From assembly GCA_021813445.1 (NCBI GenBank), contig JAKAKP010000133.1:12937-76936 (forward strand): 64,000 nucleotides of DNA, read 5' to 3'. Origin of the DNA: Deltaproteobacteria bacterium (GTDB lineage: Bacteria > Desulfobacterota > Desulfobaccia > Desulfobaccales > 0-14-0-80-60-11). Both the position numbers and the translations under genes were made by a program. The notes beneath the pieces are model-generated. The model did not search any database. It saw only the letters and a program-made list of their open reading frames with translations, and was not told the origin of the DNA. Within the stretch, counting starts at the first letter, position 1. Each line of letters opens with the position of its first letter. Below, in pieces: positions 48,500 through 57,395 of this stretch.

Positions 48500-49723
48500 C
48501 TATAATTCAATGATCCGACTGGGTGGATTTTCCAAGAGGGTCACCAGGGTCAGGTAGTCCCGGATATGCCGGGTTATGAGAAAGTGCTGGCGGACGAATT
48601 CCCGGGCGATCTGGCCCATGCGCCGGGCCATTTCCGGACGATGCAAAAGATAACGGATACGAAAAGCGCAGCCTTCCGGGGAATGGACCAGAAAACCGGT
48701 GTTGTAATCCTGCAATTGGAGAACAATCCCCCCGGCGGCTCCGCCGATCACCGGCTTTCCTTTCCACATGGCTTCGGTGACCGTTAGTCCGAAGCCCTCC
48801 CGGGTGGATTTTTGGACGATGATGTCCGCGGCCCGTTGCAAGGCGTTAACCTCGTGATGGGCGTCCGGCGGCAGGAGCAGGATCTGGATATCCGGCTCCC
48901 CATCGGCCGCTGCCATTACTTCGGCAAAGATCCGGGGACCTTCCGGGTCATCGGTGGCCTCGCCGCCGGCCAACACCAGCTTACAGGGAGTATGCCGCCG
49001 AACCAGGCGGAAGGCCTGGATTACCCCCAGCGGGTCCTTGAAGGAATCGAAGCGGGATACTTGCAAAATTATGGGCTTATCCCGGTCGATCCCCAGACGG
49101 TATAACACTGTCTGAATTTCTTCCGGAGTCAAGTCCCGGTTTTTTTCGCTGAAGGGGTCGATGGAAGGCCGGATAAGATATTGAGGGTGCGGCAGATTTT
49201 GGGCGAATTGGGACATGGAAAAGACCGAGGCTTCATACTGGCTCACTATTTCCCGCAGAAATCTCCATACCTGAAGATTGGGACGGGATACGTCGATGTG
49301 GCAGCGCCAGATCCAGTGGTTGGCCCGGTCCCGCATCTCCTCAATCAGGAAGGCCGGCTGGGGGTCGTGCACCAGGACAAAATCAACCTCCCAGTTGAAC
49401 CGCCGGGCGTTCTCCCGGTTGATCTCCCGGTAATGGTCCAGCATCTCCGGAGAGATGTTAACCTTAAAGCCTTGCAGAGCGTTATGAAATGCCTTGGTGA
49501 CCTCAAAGAAATCCTGGTCGCCGTGGATCACCTCCCAACTGGTGTCCATGCCCAACTGATTCAATAGGGGTACGGCCCGGGAAAGAATCTCCGCCACCCC
49601 ACCGCCGCTGCGGGTGGAATTAATATGGACAAAATGCCGGGGCCCCAATCGCTCTGCCAGACGGTGGAGCTGGCCGATTACTTCCGGACCCACCAGTGCA
49701 GCGTAATCATTCAGGCTGATCAC
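48500..49723 (-). CDS. treT: TreT-type trehalose glycosyltransferring synthase (GT4)
   Basis: FVHINSTRSGGGVAEIL, FHNALQG, VLVHDPQP, WRCHID, PSIDPFSEKN, QVSRFD and REGFGLTVTEAMWKGKPVIGG closely parallel archaeal TreT. Confidence 0.75.
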   Translation of the reverse strand: MISLNDYAALVGPEVIGQLHRLAERLGPRHFVHINSTRSGGGVAEILSRAVPLLNQLGMDTSWEVIHGDQDFFEVTKAFHNALQGFKVNISPEMLDHYREINRENARRFNWEVDFVLVHDPQPAFLIEEMRDRANHWIWRCHIDVSRPNLQVWRFLREIVSQYEASVFSMSQFAQNLPHPQYLIRPSIDPFSEKNRDLTPEEIQTVLYRLGIDRDKPIILQVSRFDSFKDPLGVIQAFRLVRRHTPCKLVLAGGEATDDPEGPRIFAEVMAAADGEPDIQILLLPPDAHHEVNALQRAADIIVQKSTREGFGLTVTEAMWKGKPVIGGAAGGIVLQLQDYNTGFLVHSPEGCAFRIRYLLHRPEMARRMGQIAREFVRQHFLITRHIRDYLTLVTLLENPPSRIIEL

Positions 49724-50399
49724 AGACTTCTCCCATATGCTGATTAATCAAGCTCACCAGGGTCTCCCGAATCTCCTTCAAGCTGTAAAAGTAAATATCC
49801 AGATCTCTAATAGCCCGCACCAAATCAGGCAGGTCAAAGTTATTTTCAATCCAGAAGGAAAAGTCATCGGCCTTCCTTACCCCCAGGCGCCAGCGGGCCT
49901 CGAAAAAGTGGTAGTACAGAGAATCCAGCCCCACTTTTCCCAGGGCCACACAGAGTTCTTCGAGGGTCTGGGCGCTGATTTCGGAACGGATCACTACCGT
50001 GGAGGCCTGGCAAAAATGGATTTCAAATCCCGATCTGGCCCAGGGAATAGTGGGCAGATCCCAGAGATACTCCTCCAAGACGTCCACTGCCGCCTGGCGA
50101 ACCTCGCCCATAGTTTCGTATTCAAACGGGTCGAAAGAACTAAGCTTTTCGGCCAGGGTGCTATCCTGCAGGGCGTTGGCGGCCCAGTGGGCCAGATCAT
50201 TAGGGTATTCCACCGCGGGAGGACTGGGGGCCAACCGCGATTGGATCAGATGGTAAAAGAGCACCGATTCATCCAGAACCCGAATGGCCTCCACCAACTC
50301 CCTGAGGTTCATCGCCTTCCTGCCGATGGGCATGGGCATCAAAAAGCACTCACGGAACCAGAAAGGATTTTCAGCCACTTGATTTAAAATATTTCCCAT
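49707..50399 (-). CDS. Conserved hypothetical protein, possibly DUF5752-like
   Basis: Clean 230-aa ORF overlapping both otsB (29 nt) and treT (17 nt). The family assignment is from memory only. Confidence 0.5.
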   Translation of the reverse strand: MGNILNQVAENPFWFRECFLMPMPIGRKAMNLRELVEAIRVLDESVLFYHLIQSRLAPSPPAVEYPNDLAHWAANALQDSTLAEKLSSFDPFEYETMGEVRQAAVDVLEEYLWDLPTIPWARSGFEIHFCQASTVVIRSEISAQTLEELCVALGKVGLDSLYYHFFEARWRLGVRKADDFSFWIENNFDLPDLVRAIRDLDIYFYSLKEIRETLVSLINQHMGEVCDQPE

Positions 50400-51189
50400 T
50401 GCGGTCCTCCAGGGGGAAAGCTAAGGCATTTAAAAAATGTCGCACCGCTTCAGGATCGGGGAGGAAGTGGGATGCCGCGGTTTTACTGCCCGGGTGCCCC
50501 ACTTTTATGGTCAGCCCCTGGCCTTGCAATATGCGAAAGGCACTTTCGTCGGTAATATCGTCGCCTAAATATATTGGAAAATATCTGGAAAATGAAGGTA
50601 ATGACAATATTTCATTTATTGCTGCACCCTTACTGATTCCTTGAGGTAACATTTCCAACACTTTTTTCCCAGCCAGGAGTTGAAAGCGTTTCTCCGAGCG
50701 CACCTGCTCCTGCCACCTGTTTAATATCGCCAAAAATTCATGTAGATACTCTTCGGGCAATTGCCGGTAGTGGAGCGCAAAACCTAAGGGCTTGTCCTCA
50801 ATCCACCAACCCGGAAAGGTCTGCAACCTCGCCTCCAGCCGGCTGCGCCAGTGCAATAGGTCGTCTTTATCTGCGGCTACCACTTGCTGTGAATGGAGGC
50901 AAGGAGATATGAATGCTTCTCCGCCGTGAGATCCAAGAAAATTCAGTCCCGGGACAGGCAGCATCTCTTGTAATTCCCATAAGGGACGGCCAGAAATCAC
51001 CATTGCCTTCAAGTCCGCCCGAACCGCCAGCCGGTTCAGCAACTCTATTAGCTCCGGAGTAGGCCGGGCCAACTCCGGACGTAAAGCGATTTCCACCAGG
51101 GTACCATCATAGTCCAAAAAGAGAAGCAAAGGCCGCCCCCGTCGCCTTGCTTGTATCGTAGACTTAAGAAGTGCGTGAAAGTCGGTCAT
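50371..51189 (-). CDS. otsB: Trehalose-6-phosphate phosphatase (HAD)
   Basis: LLLFLDYDGTLVEI (DxDGT), SGRPL and LGDDITDE motifs. Confidence 0.85.
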   Translation of the reverse strand: MTDFHALLKSTIQARRRGRPLLLFLDYDGTLVEIALRPELARPTPELIELLNRLAVRADLKAMVISGRPLWELQEMLPVPGLNFLGSHGGEAFISPCLHSQQVVAADKDDLLHWRSRLEARLQTFPGWWIEDKPLGFALHYRQLPEEYLHEFLAILNRWQEQVRSEKRFQLLAGKKVLEMLPQGISKGAAINEILSLPSFSRYFPIYLGDDITDESAFRILQGQGLTIKVGHPGSKTAASHFLPDPEAVRHFLNALAFPLEDRNGKYFKSSG

Positions 51190-51268
51190 AGCTCAATTCT
51201 GCCTTAGTTTATGGTTTAACGGTGTCAACACCGGCAGATACTTCAGGTCTAGGAAATTCAAGGGCATT

Positions 51269-52636
51269 TCACTTTTCCTCCGGCTCCGGCTCTTTTGTTT
51301 CCATCTCTTTCAGGCGACGGTACAGGGTGGCCAGGCTGATGCCCAGGAGCCGGGCCGCCAGTTCCTTGTCTCCATCCGTTTTTTTCAGGGTTTGCAGAAT
51401 GGCCAGGCGCTCGATTTCTTCCATGGAGGAGCCCACGGGGATGGTGATTTGATCATCCGCTAGGGAATGGCGCATGATGTCATCAGGCAGGTCTTCGAGC
51501 TGCACCATATTGCCTTCGCACAGGGCCACGGCCCGCTCCACCACGTTCTGCAACTCCCGCACGTTTCCCGGCCAGGAGTAGTTCTTCAGCGCGGCCAGAG
51601 CCTCCTGGCTGAAGCCCATGGCTGGCCGGTCGTTCTCCAGGCAGAACTTGTCCAGAAAGTGCAGGGCCAGGAGCGAAATGTCTTCTTTCCGCTCCCGCAG
51701 CGCGGGTATGGGCAGGTGGATGACGTTCAGGCGGTAGAAGAGGTCCTTGCGGAAACGTCCCTCGGCCACCGCGGCCTCCAAATCCATGTTGCTGGCGGCG
51801 ATGACCCGGACGTCCACCTTCAGGGTCTGGGTCCCCCCTACTCGCTCGAATTCCCCCTCCTGAAGGACCCGCAGGAATTTTACTTGGGTGGCCGGGGGCA
51901 TCTCGCTGATTTCATCCAGAAAAATGGTGCCCCCGTCCGCCAGTTCGAAGCGGCCTTTGCGCTGCTGGGTGGCCCCGGTGAAGGCCCCCTTTTCGTGGCC
52001 GAAGAGCTCGGATTCGATGAGCCCTTCCGGCAAAGCCCCGCAGTTTAGTTTCACCAGGGGCTTGTCCCGGCGGGGGCTCTGGTAGTGGATGGCTTCGGCC
52101 ACCAGTTCCTTGCCCACGCCGCTCTCCCCGGAAAGCAGCACCGTGCTCTTCAAGGGCGCCACCTGGTTCACCACGTGCAGGACCTTGAGGAGAGCGGCTC
52201 CCCGGCCGATGAGGCGGCCCGTAGGGCCCCGCTCCTGGAGGGCCTGGCGCAGCCGCTGATTTTCCACCAGGAGTTGCTGGGTCTCCAGGGCCTTGGTCAC
52301 CACCTTGCGCAGTTCGTGCATGCGGAAATCCTTGGTGATGAAGTCGTAAATCCCCTGCTTGAGCGCAGACACCGCTTCGTCCACGGTGGCGTGGCCGGAA
52401 ATCATAATGGCGATGGTCTCTGGTCTGAGGATGCGCAAGGCCCCGAAGAGTTCGGTGCCGGTCATGTCCGGGAGCTTCAAATCGATGATGGCCAGGTCCA
52501 CGGCGTGACGCCGCACCTCGTCCAGGGCCGCCACCCCGGTGCCCGCGGTGTGCAGCTCATGGCCCATCTTTTTCAGGCCGGACTCCAGGGCCTCCCGGGT
52601 GGGCGCGTCGTCGTCGACAACCAGAATGACACTCAT
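51269..52636 (-). CDS. NtrC-family sigma-54-dependent response regulator
   Basis: Receiver domain (ILVVDDD...DLAIIDLKLPDMTG), AAA+ domain (GESGVGKE, GAFTGA) and HTH (AARLLGISLATLYRRL). Start at internal Met (52636). Confidence 0.9.
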   Translation of the reverse strand: MSVILVVDDDAPTREALESGLKKMGHELHTAGTGVAALDEVRRHAVDLAIIDLKLPDMTGTELFGALRILRPETIAIMISGHATVDEAVSALKQGIYDFITKDFRMHELRKVVTKALETQQLLVENQRLRQALQERGPTGRLIGRGAALLKVLHVVNQVAPLKSTVLLSGESGVGKELVAEAIHYQSPRRDKPLVKLNCGALPEGLIESELFGHEKGAFTGATQQRKGRFELADGGTIFLDEISEMPPATQVKFLRVLQEGEFERVGGTQTLKVDVRVIAASNMDLEAAVAEGRFRKDLFYRLNVIHLPIPALRERKEDISLLALHFLDKFCLENDRPAMGFSQEALAALKNYSWPGNVRELQNVVERAVALCEGNMVQLEDLPDDIMRHSLADDQITIPVGSSMEEIERLAILQTLKKTDGDKELAARLLGISLATLYRRLKEMETKEPEPEEK

Positions 52637-52769
52637 AAGAGCAGTTTTTTTATACCGGTATTCGATTGGTATCTTAATTGAGAAGATACGATTAACGGAG
52701 AAGCGGCGCAACTACCTGATGCGGCAACCAAATAGCTGCGCCGTGGTCCTGATGTTGACAACCAGTGAG

Positions 52770-53012
52770 TTATTTCTTTTCCGGGCTGGGCTTGGCCGGC
52801 GCGGGTTGAGTAGGCGCGGCCGGAGGAGCCGCGGGTTTGGGGGCGCCAGGCTTGGCCTCCGGCTTAGCCGCGGGCGCCGCCTCTTTCTTGGCCGGGGCCG
52901 CGGTTTGAGCCGCGGGTTTTTGGGCCTTGGCGGGTTCCTCTTGCTTGCCGCAGGCCACTACCAGGAGAAGCCCCAGACAGACTATTCCCAAGAGCAAAGC
53001 TAAACGTTTCAT
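52770..53012 (-). CDS. Small Pro/Ala/Lys-rich lipoprotein
   Basis: MKRLALLLGIVCLGLLLVVAC lipobox followed by a low-complexity PAAK-rich tail. Start taken at the internal Met with RBS gaggaggg. Confidence 0.55.
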   Translation of the reverse strand: MKRLALLLGIVCLGLLLVVACGKQEEPAKAQKPAAQTAAPAKKEAAPAAKPEAKPGAPKPAAPPAAPTQPAPAKPSPEKK

Positions 53013-53128
53013 AAAACATCCCTCCTCAGGTTTTATTGGGGCCAGGTCGCCGGTGCCGCATGGACCTGGCCTTGAATCTCCGCGGGTTAATGAGCGCTCG
53101 TTTATTGGCAGTGGAGACCAGTCCAGAT
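53013..53128 (-). repeat. Conserved intergenic block downstream of an SH3b gene (copy 1)
   Basis: Shares GAATGAATC...CACTGCCAATAArCGAG...CATTA...GCGG...GGCCAGG...CTGAGGAGGGAT with 53804-53922. Confidence 0.6.
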
Positions 53129-53803
53129 TCATTCCCCCCACACCAGATCTTCCCTGACCCAGCCGATCACTTCATTTTCCCAATAGTAACCGACCTTCAC
53201 CCATCTACCTTTTTCGGCAAAAAGTTTGTAGATCTCGCCTTTGGAAGCCTGCTTGACCACCGGCCCCTTCAAACCGGGTACTTTTCTGATATTGGCGTTC
53301 TCCACCGACACCACCACGGTTTTGATCGTGGAAACCAAGGGTTTGTAGACCCAACCGGCATTATGTTTGTAGTCAGTGACATATACCCAGTCATCTTTCT
53401 GCTTTTCCACTTTGATGGGATCCCCCTGGAAGACCTGGAAAAGAATCTCGGACTTCAAGTTGGGTTTAGCCCGTACGTTAGCCCGCTCTTTGCCGATGCT
53501 CATCATGGCGACCGGCGTGTTTCTATGAGCGGCTGGCCCTTTGCCGGGACTCTTCATGGAGACTGGTTGGCTTTGAGGGGCGGCCGGCTCTTTGGTCTCG
53601 CAATTATCCAGGGGACGCGGAGTTTCCAACATGGGGGGCAGCGGCGGTGGTTCCACCTCTCGTTGGGCCCAGGCGCCTTTATGGCTGAGGAGGAAAAATC
53701 CCATAGTTGCTATAATTATTAATTTAGTCAGCCAATTCTTCCCCAGGGGGAGCGCCTGGAGCGGCAGGCGGACCATTCCCGAGAGCAGAGCTATGCATTT
53801 CAC
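53129..53803 (-). CDS. Exported protein with two SH3b-like domains (paralog 1)
   Basis: GKERANVRAKPNLKSEILFQV...DDWVYV and ENANIRKVPGLKGPVV...GRWVKVGYYWENEVIGWVREDLVWGE. GTG start with RBS. Confidence 0.7.
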   Translation of the reverse strand: MKCIALLSGMVRLPLQALPLGKNWLTKLIIIATMGFFLLSHKGAWAQREVEPPPLPPMLETPRPLDNCETKEPAAPQSQPVSMKSPGKGPAAHRNTPVAMMSIGKERANVRAKPNLKSEILFQVFQGDPIKVEKQKDDWVYVTDYKHNAGWVYKPLVSTIKTVVVSVENANIRKVPGLKGPVVKQASKGEIYKLFAEKGRWVKVGYYWENEVIGWVREDLVWGE

Positions 53804-53922
53804 AAGAGAATCCCTCCTCAGAGTTTCTATCGTAGTTCAGGTTATCGGCTGCGGGAGCCTGGCCCAGAAGCCCCGCAGCTAATGGGTACTCGCTTATTGG
53901 CAGTGCTGGCCAAGCCCGGGAT
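53804..53922 (-). repeat. Conserved intergenic block downstream of an SH3b gene (copy 2)
   Basis: See 53013-53128. Contains the 8-bp stem gctgcggg/cccgcagc. Confidence 0.6.
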
Positions 53923-54369
53923 TCATTCTCCCCACACCATGTCACTTCTGACCCAGCCGATCTCCTTGTTTTCCAGGTAAAAACCGATTTTTACCCACTG
54001 CCCCTTTTCATCAAAGAGTTTATAGATATTGCCGTGTTTGACCTGGTCCACCACTTTATAATTCAGGCCGGGGCCTTGACGGATATTCACTAGATCCTCG
54101 AGCACCAGAACGGTTTGGATATTCCTGTTGATTAGGGGCTGGTAAACCCAGCCGGTATCGCTCTCATAATCTTTGATTTCTACCCAGGAGCCCTTGGTTT
54201 GTGTCACCTCTACCGGGTATCCGAAGGGAACCTGAAAAAGGACTTCGGCTTTGAGGCTGGGAGCGTTGCGGACATTGACATTTTCCTTGCCAATGCTGGC
54301 CATGTAGGCTGAGGCGGGTTCAAGCAGAATGACCATCCAGATAATAGTTAGAGACAAGACTCTCAGCAT
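53923..54369 (-). CDS. Exported protein with two SH3b-like domains (paralog 2)
   Basis: Its C-terminus ...GQWVKIGFYLENKEIGWVRSDMVWGE is nearly the same as paralog 1. Has a signal peptide. Confidence 0.7.
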   Translation of the reverse strand: MLRVLSLTIIWMVILLEPASAYMASIGKENVNVRNAPSLKAEVLFQVPFGYPVEVTQTKGSWVEIKDYESDTGWVYQPLINRNIQTVLVLEDLVNIRQGPGLNYKVVDQVKHGNIYKLFDEKGQWVKIGFYLENKEIGWVRSDMVWGE

Positions 54370-54450
54370 AAGCGTCCTCCTTATGGGAAAATGCTAACCT
54401 CCAAGGTTGGGTAAGGCTGCCTGCCGGTTAACGATCTGTTGAAGTTGCAC
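54370..54450 (-). repeat. Promoter/leader cassette, copy A
   Basis: Minus strand: CAACAGATCGTTAACCGGCAGGCAGCCTTACCCAACCTTGGAGG...TTTTCCCATAAGGAGGACGCTTATG. The ATG is the SH3b gene start. Confidence 0.6.
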
Positions 54451-54466
54451 AAGGTCTTCTATTTAC

Positions 54467-55465
54467 CTAAAAACGGGTATAGGACCCTTCGATCTTGGGT
54501 CGTTTAATCCATCGATGGAAATGGAGACTGGTTGAGGTGACTGCAAAACCGGTTTTGAAAGTTATCCGTAAGGCAGGGTAGTTGTTCGCCAGCGTGCGCA
54601 CTCCCACGTACTGTACTCCTTGCTGGGCCATCCTCTGAAGAGCTGCTCGATTCAGACAGGCACCCAATCCCCGATTTCGATTATCGGGTCTCACTCCGAT
54701 AAAGTCGAGACTCCCCGTCTTTTTGCCCACCAGTTGGCAGAAGGTCTCGTTTGTCTTGCTGATGATGAATCCCTGGACTGCACCGTGGCCTCGAGCGACG
54801 AGCGTCGTGAATTGAGATTGATCGAAGCAATTATCCACCAGCTTCCTGTAGAGCGTGCGAGCCAGATCTGGGTCGATCAAGGGGTCGCAGGCGAACCTGT
54901 TATGCACATGAGTGGATTCGACTATTTCAAGCACCTGTTTGCGATCGGCGCGGCTGCATTCAGCGATCTCAATGTCTGCCGGCGGATCAAACGGCTCGTC
55001 CCGCCTGAGCTCCTGGCCCAGGAAAGCCTCGGTTCCCACGTATCTGAAGCCGGCAGCCTCCAGTGCCTGAGCTGCATATACGTCATCGGCCGCTATTCGG
55101 CAGTCCAGGAAATCAACCTCCTGGAGCTCTTCTATCACGTACCGTAGCAGCCGCGCTCGCACCAGAGACCCTTCGAAGCCAGCCAGCAGATGGGGAACCG
55201 CGTACATCTTCAGACCGAAATGCTCACTCATCCAAGGGAGGGATTTCAAAGCGATCAGTCCAGTGAGTTTTCCGTTCGCCTTCAGGCAGATGCTTTGCGT
55301 GTCCGGTGACTTAAGAGTGGTTTGAAGGTAGTCGGCCATGCCTTCTTTGGATACCTTCATGCTTTTGAGCTGGAAATCTTTGTGAGGGTATTCCTGGAAG
55401 AGACGGCGCACTTCTTCGTCTCGGGAACCATCGAGCGGTGAGAACATCAGCTGGCTCATCGACAT
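54467..55465 (-). CDS. Tandem-GNAT N-acetyltransferase
   Basis: Two acetyltransferase-like halves. The second carries RNRGLGACLNRAALQRMAQQG (Q/RxxGxG/A motif). Confidence 0.65.
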   Translation of the reverse strand: MSMSQLMFSPLDGSRDEEVRRLFQEYPHKDFQLKSMKVSKEGMADYLQTTLKSPDTQSICLKANGKLTGLIALKSLPWMSEHFGLKMYAVPHLLAGFEGSLVRARLLRYVIEELQEVDFLDCRIAADDVYAAQALEAAGFRYVGTEAFLGQELRRDEPFDPPADIEIAECSRADRKQVLEIVESTHVHNRFACDPLIDPDLARTLYRKLVDNCFDQSQFTTLVARGHGAVQGFIISKTNETFCQLVGKKTGSLDFIGVRPDNRNRGLGACLNRAALQRMAQQGVQYVGVRTLANNYPALRITFKTGFAVTSTSLHFHRWIKRPKIEGSYTRF

Positions 55466-55467
55466 GA

Positions 55468-56658
55468 CTAATTCTTATCCTCTATAAGGTCTATTCTCAG
55501 TTTCGCTTCCCAATGCGTTGTTTTTAAAGGTATTTTCGGCTTCCACCTCTGGTAAGGAACCAGATCCGGACCAGGAGACCTGATCAGGGGAATGCCGGTG
55601 GGCGTGACTGACGTGGACATCCACCCCGGGCCAGGGACATAGAGCACGGTGAAAAAATGGCCGAACCGCCCTGCCGTGAGGCAGGGTATGCCTCGCGCCC
55701 TCAGGAAGGCACATTCCAGGGGAGCCGTATCCGGACAGGCTCCTGAATGCCGCTTCAGGGTTTCATCCACGTCCTGATACATGAGGTCGAGATCGGAATA
55801 GACCATTTTCCCACCGAAATAAGCAGCGCGTTTGCGCTTATCATAGGCCACGTTCCTTTTGACGAATTTCGCCAAGCGCCAGTACTCTTTGCGGGCATCA
55901 GGTGGCCCAGGTTCTCCCCGGGCAGCCCAGGCTTGAGCGGCAGGGAGGTCGGGGTCGATTTTATGGCCCGGTTCCAGGAAGGGCTGCACTGCCCGCGGGA
56001 TTTCAGTACCGATGGGCTTTCCTGAGAGCCACAGGTCATGGTCCAGGATCTCAGCCATGTTCACGTCGTAGCGGAACCAAAAGGTGAACTTGATCGACTC
56101 ACCCTGGCACACATTTTCCAACCGTGCCCTGAGCCACCGGTTCCCTGCCGCATCGACCGTCATGTTCTGTGAGCACGCCGGCTTCACCACCTGATCGGAA
56201 TACACGAGTTTCTTGCCGAATCCCTCCCGCGGGGCAGTAATTTGCAGCTCCAGAGGGCCCATGTATTCCTGGGCCTCAACCTCGAATCCGACTCGATAGA
56301 CCCCGGCCAGGGCAAAATGCTCGAGTATGCTGCCGGATAAGTGTGACGGTAGAGGGCCTGCCCAGATCCACTTCCCCAGACAGCCGGCACATACCACACG
56401 CTCCAGTCCTAATACAGACTCAGGGTTTCTATCTGCAGGCACGAATCCTTTCTCCGCCAGTATCGCCAGATCCTCGAAGGTCAGGGGGCGGTCGCTTTTC
56501 ACCAGGACCAGGACCTTTAGACCGGGTCTGCGGCTGGCTATCTTCTCCCAATCAATCTGGGAAGCTGCACTGGAAGCCGGCGCAGCCGCGCCAGGGGCGG
56601 AGAAGCAGACTACAAGTGCGGCAATCAAAAGGAGGCGGTATGTCAGGGGCTTTTTCAT
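55468..56658 (-). CDS. Exported transglutaminase-like (papain-fold) domain protein
   Basis: Signal peptide. SGACPDTAPLECAFLRARGIPC...GHFFTVLYVPGPGW resembles the Cys/His transglutaminase core. Start at MKKPL (56658). Confidence 0.5.
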   Translation of the reverse strand: MKKPLTYRLLLIAALVVCFSAPGAAAPASSAASQIDWEKIASRRPGLKVLVLVKSDRPLTFEDLAILAEKGFVPADRNPESVLGLERVVCAGCLGKWIWAGPLPSHLSGSILEHFALAGVYRVGFEVEAQEYMGPLELQITAPREGFGKKLVYSDQVVKPACSQNMTVDAAGNRWLRARLENVCQGESIKFTFWFRYDVNMAEILDHDLWLSGKPIGTEIPRAVQPFLEPGHKIDPDLPAAQAWAARGEPGPPDARKEYWRLAKFVKRNVAYDKRKRAAYFGGKMVYSDLDLMYQDVDETLKRHSGACPDTAPLECAFLRARGIPCLTAGRFGHFFTVLYVPGPGWMSTSVTPTGIPLIRSPGPDLVPYQRWKPKIPLKTTHWEAKLRIDLIEDKN

Positions 56659-56683
56659 CAGATTCAACGGCAAGTTTTTCTCC

Positions 56684-56818
56684 GCATAAGTGTCCCCCTA
56701 GTGAGAAAATCCCAATCCTTCCCAGGGTTGGGTAAGACTGTCTATCGGTCTGTTAACGATGGTGCCCGGGGAAATGCAGAACTGCAGCGCCCAGCCTGGA
56801 TTGCAGACTGTTACTCAG
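56684..56818 (-). repeat. Promoter/leader cassette, copy B
   Basis: Shares the core CAGTCTTACCCAACCCTGGGAAGG...TTTTCTCACTAGGGGGACACTTATG and the distal block AACAGTCTGCAATCCAGGCTGGGC with copy C. Confidence 0.6.
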
Positions 56819-57035
56819 TATCCCTTCTAGGACCTTCTATTGATAGAAGAGACCCGGCCACAGTCCTCACATTTTCACAAATTGCATCAGCCTTCGCTAA
56901 AATGGTTCTCTAAGCCAACTACCCGATGCCTATGTCTTGCATCAACGATGACCGACTTGTTAATATGAATGATTCGTTTTGGTTCTCGACCCGAAAGTCG
57001 AAATGCGAACGGCGAGTGGAGAAACTACCGGACTG

Positions 57036-57350
57036 CTACAGGGGGATACCACCGGAACTGCTTCGAAAGTAGCATTTGATTATTGGAAGAGGACTTTCAA
57101 TCTCAACTGAGACTGATTGGGTTAGCCAGCCCTGGGGGATATCAGGCAGTCTTGCCGATGTGATCCAAACCGAGGATCCGACTTTGCCCGAGCTATCGGG
57201 AGAAAAGGTTTGATAAATTGTTCCTTGGCAAAGAAGATTCGCAGGCCTTCCCTTGGCAAGCAACCCGTCTTGGGCCAGATCGACTAGCAGAAAAATTACC
57301 CACAAGAGCATTATTATCTGCTTCAATCTGTTTCTGGCTCGCGGTGACAT
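57036..57350 (-). CDS. Small membrane-anchored hypothetical protein
   Basis: One N-terminal TM helix (IIMLLWVIFLLVDL). Lies 45 nt downstream of the OtsA fusion. No recognisable motif. Confidence 0.4.
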   Translation of the reverse strand: MSPRARNRLKQIIMLLWVIFLLVDLAQDGLLAKGRPANLLCQGTIYQTFSPDSSGKVGSSVWITSARLPDIPQGWLTQSVSVEIESPLPIIKCYFRSSSGGIPL

Positions 57351-57395
57351 CGGATATAGCCTATGTCTTAATGAAAAGGTATGTCAAGAAAATTA

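Noticed and set aside
48590-48605. By my manual count, a C-run at the 48600 line break seemed one base too long. That would put treT out of frame and shift its stop by 1 nt.
   Set aside because: The ORF track gives an intact 407-aa TreT, and the alternative-frame ORF is consistent with the shorter run. I cannot count homopolymers reliably by eye, so I trust the track. Hand-derived coordinates near here may be off by 1.
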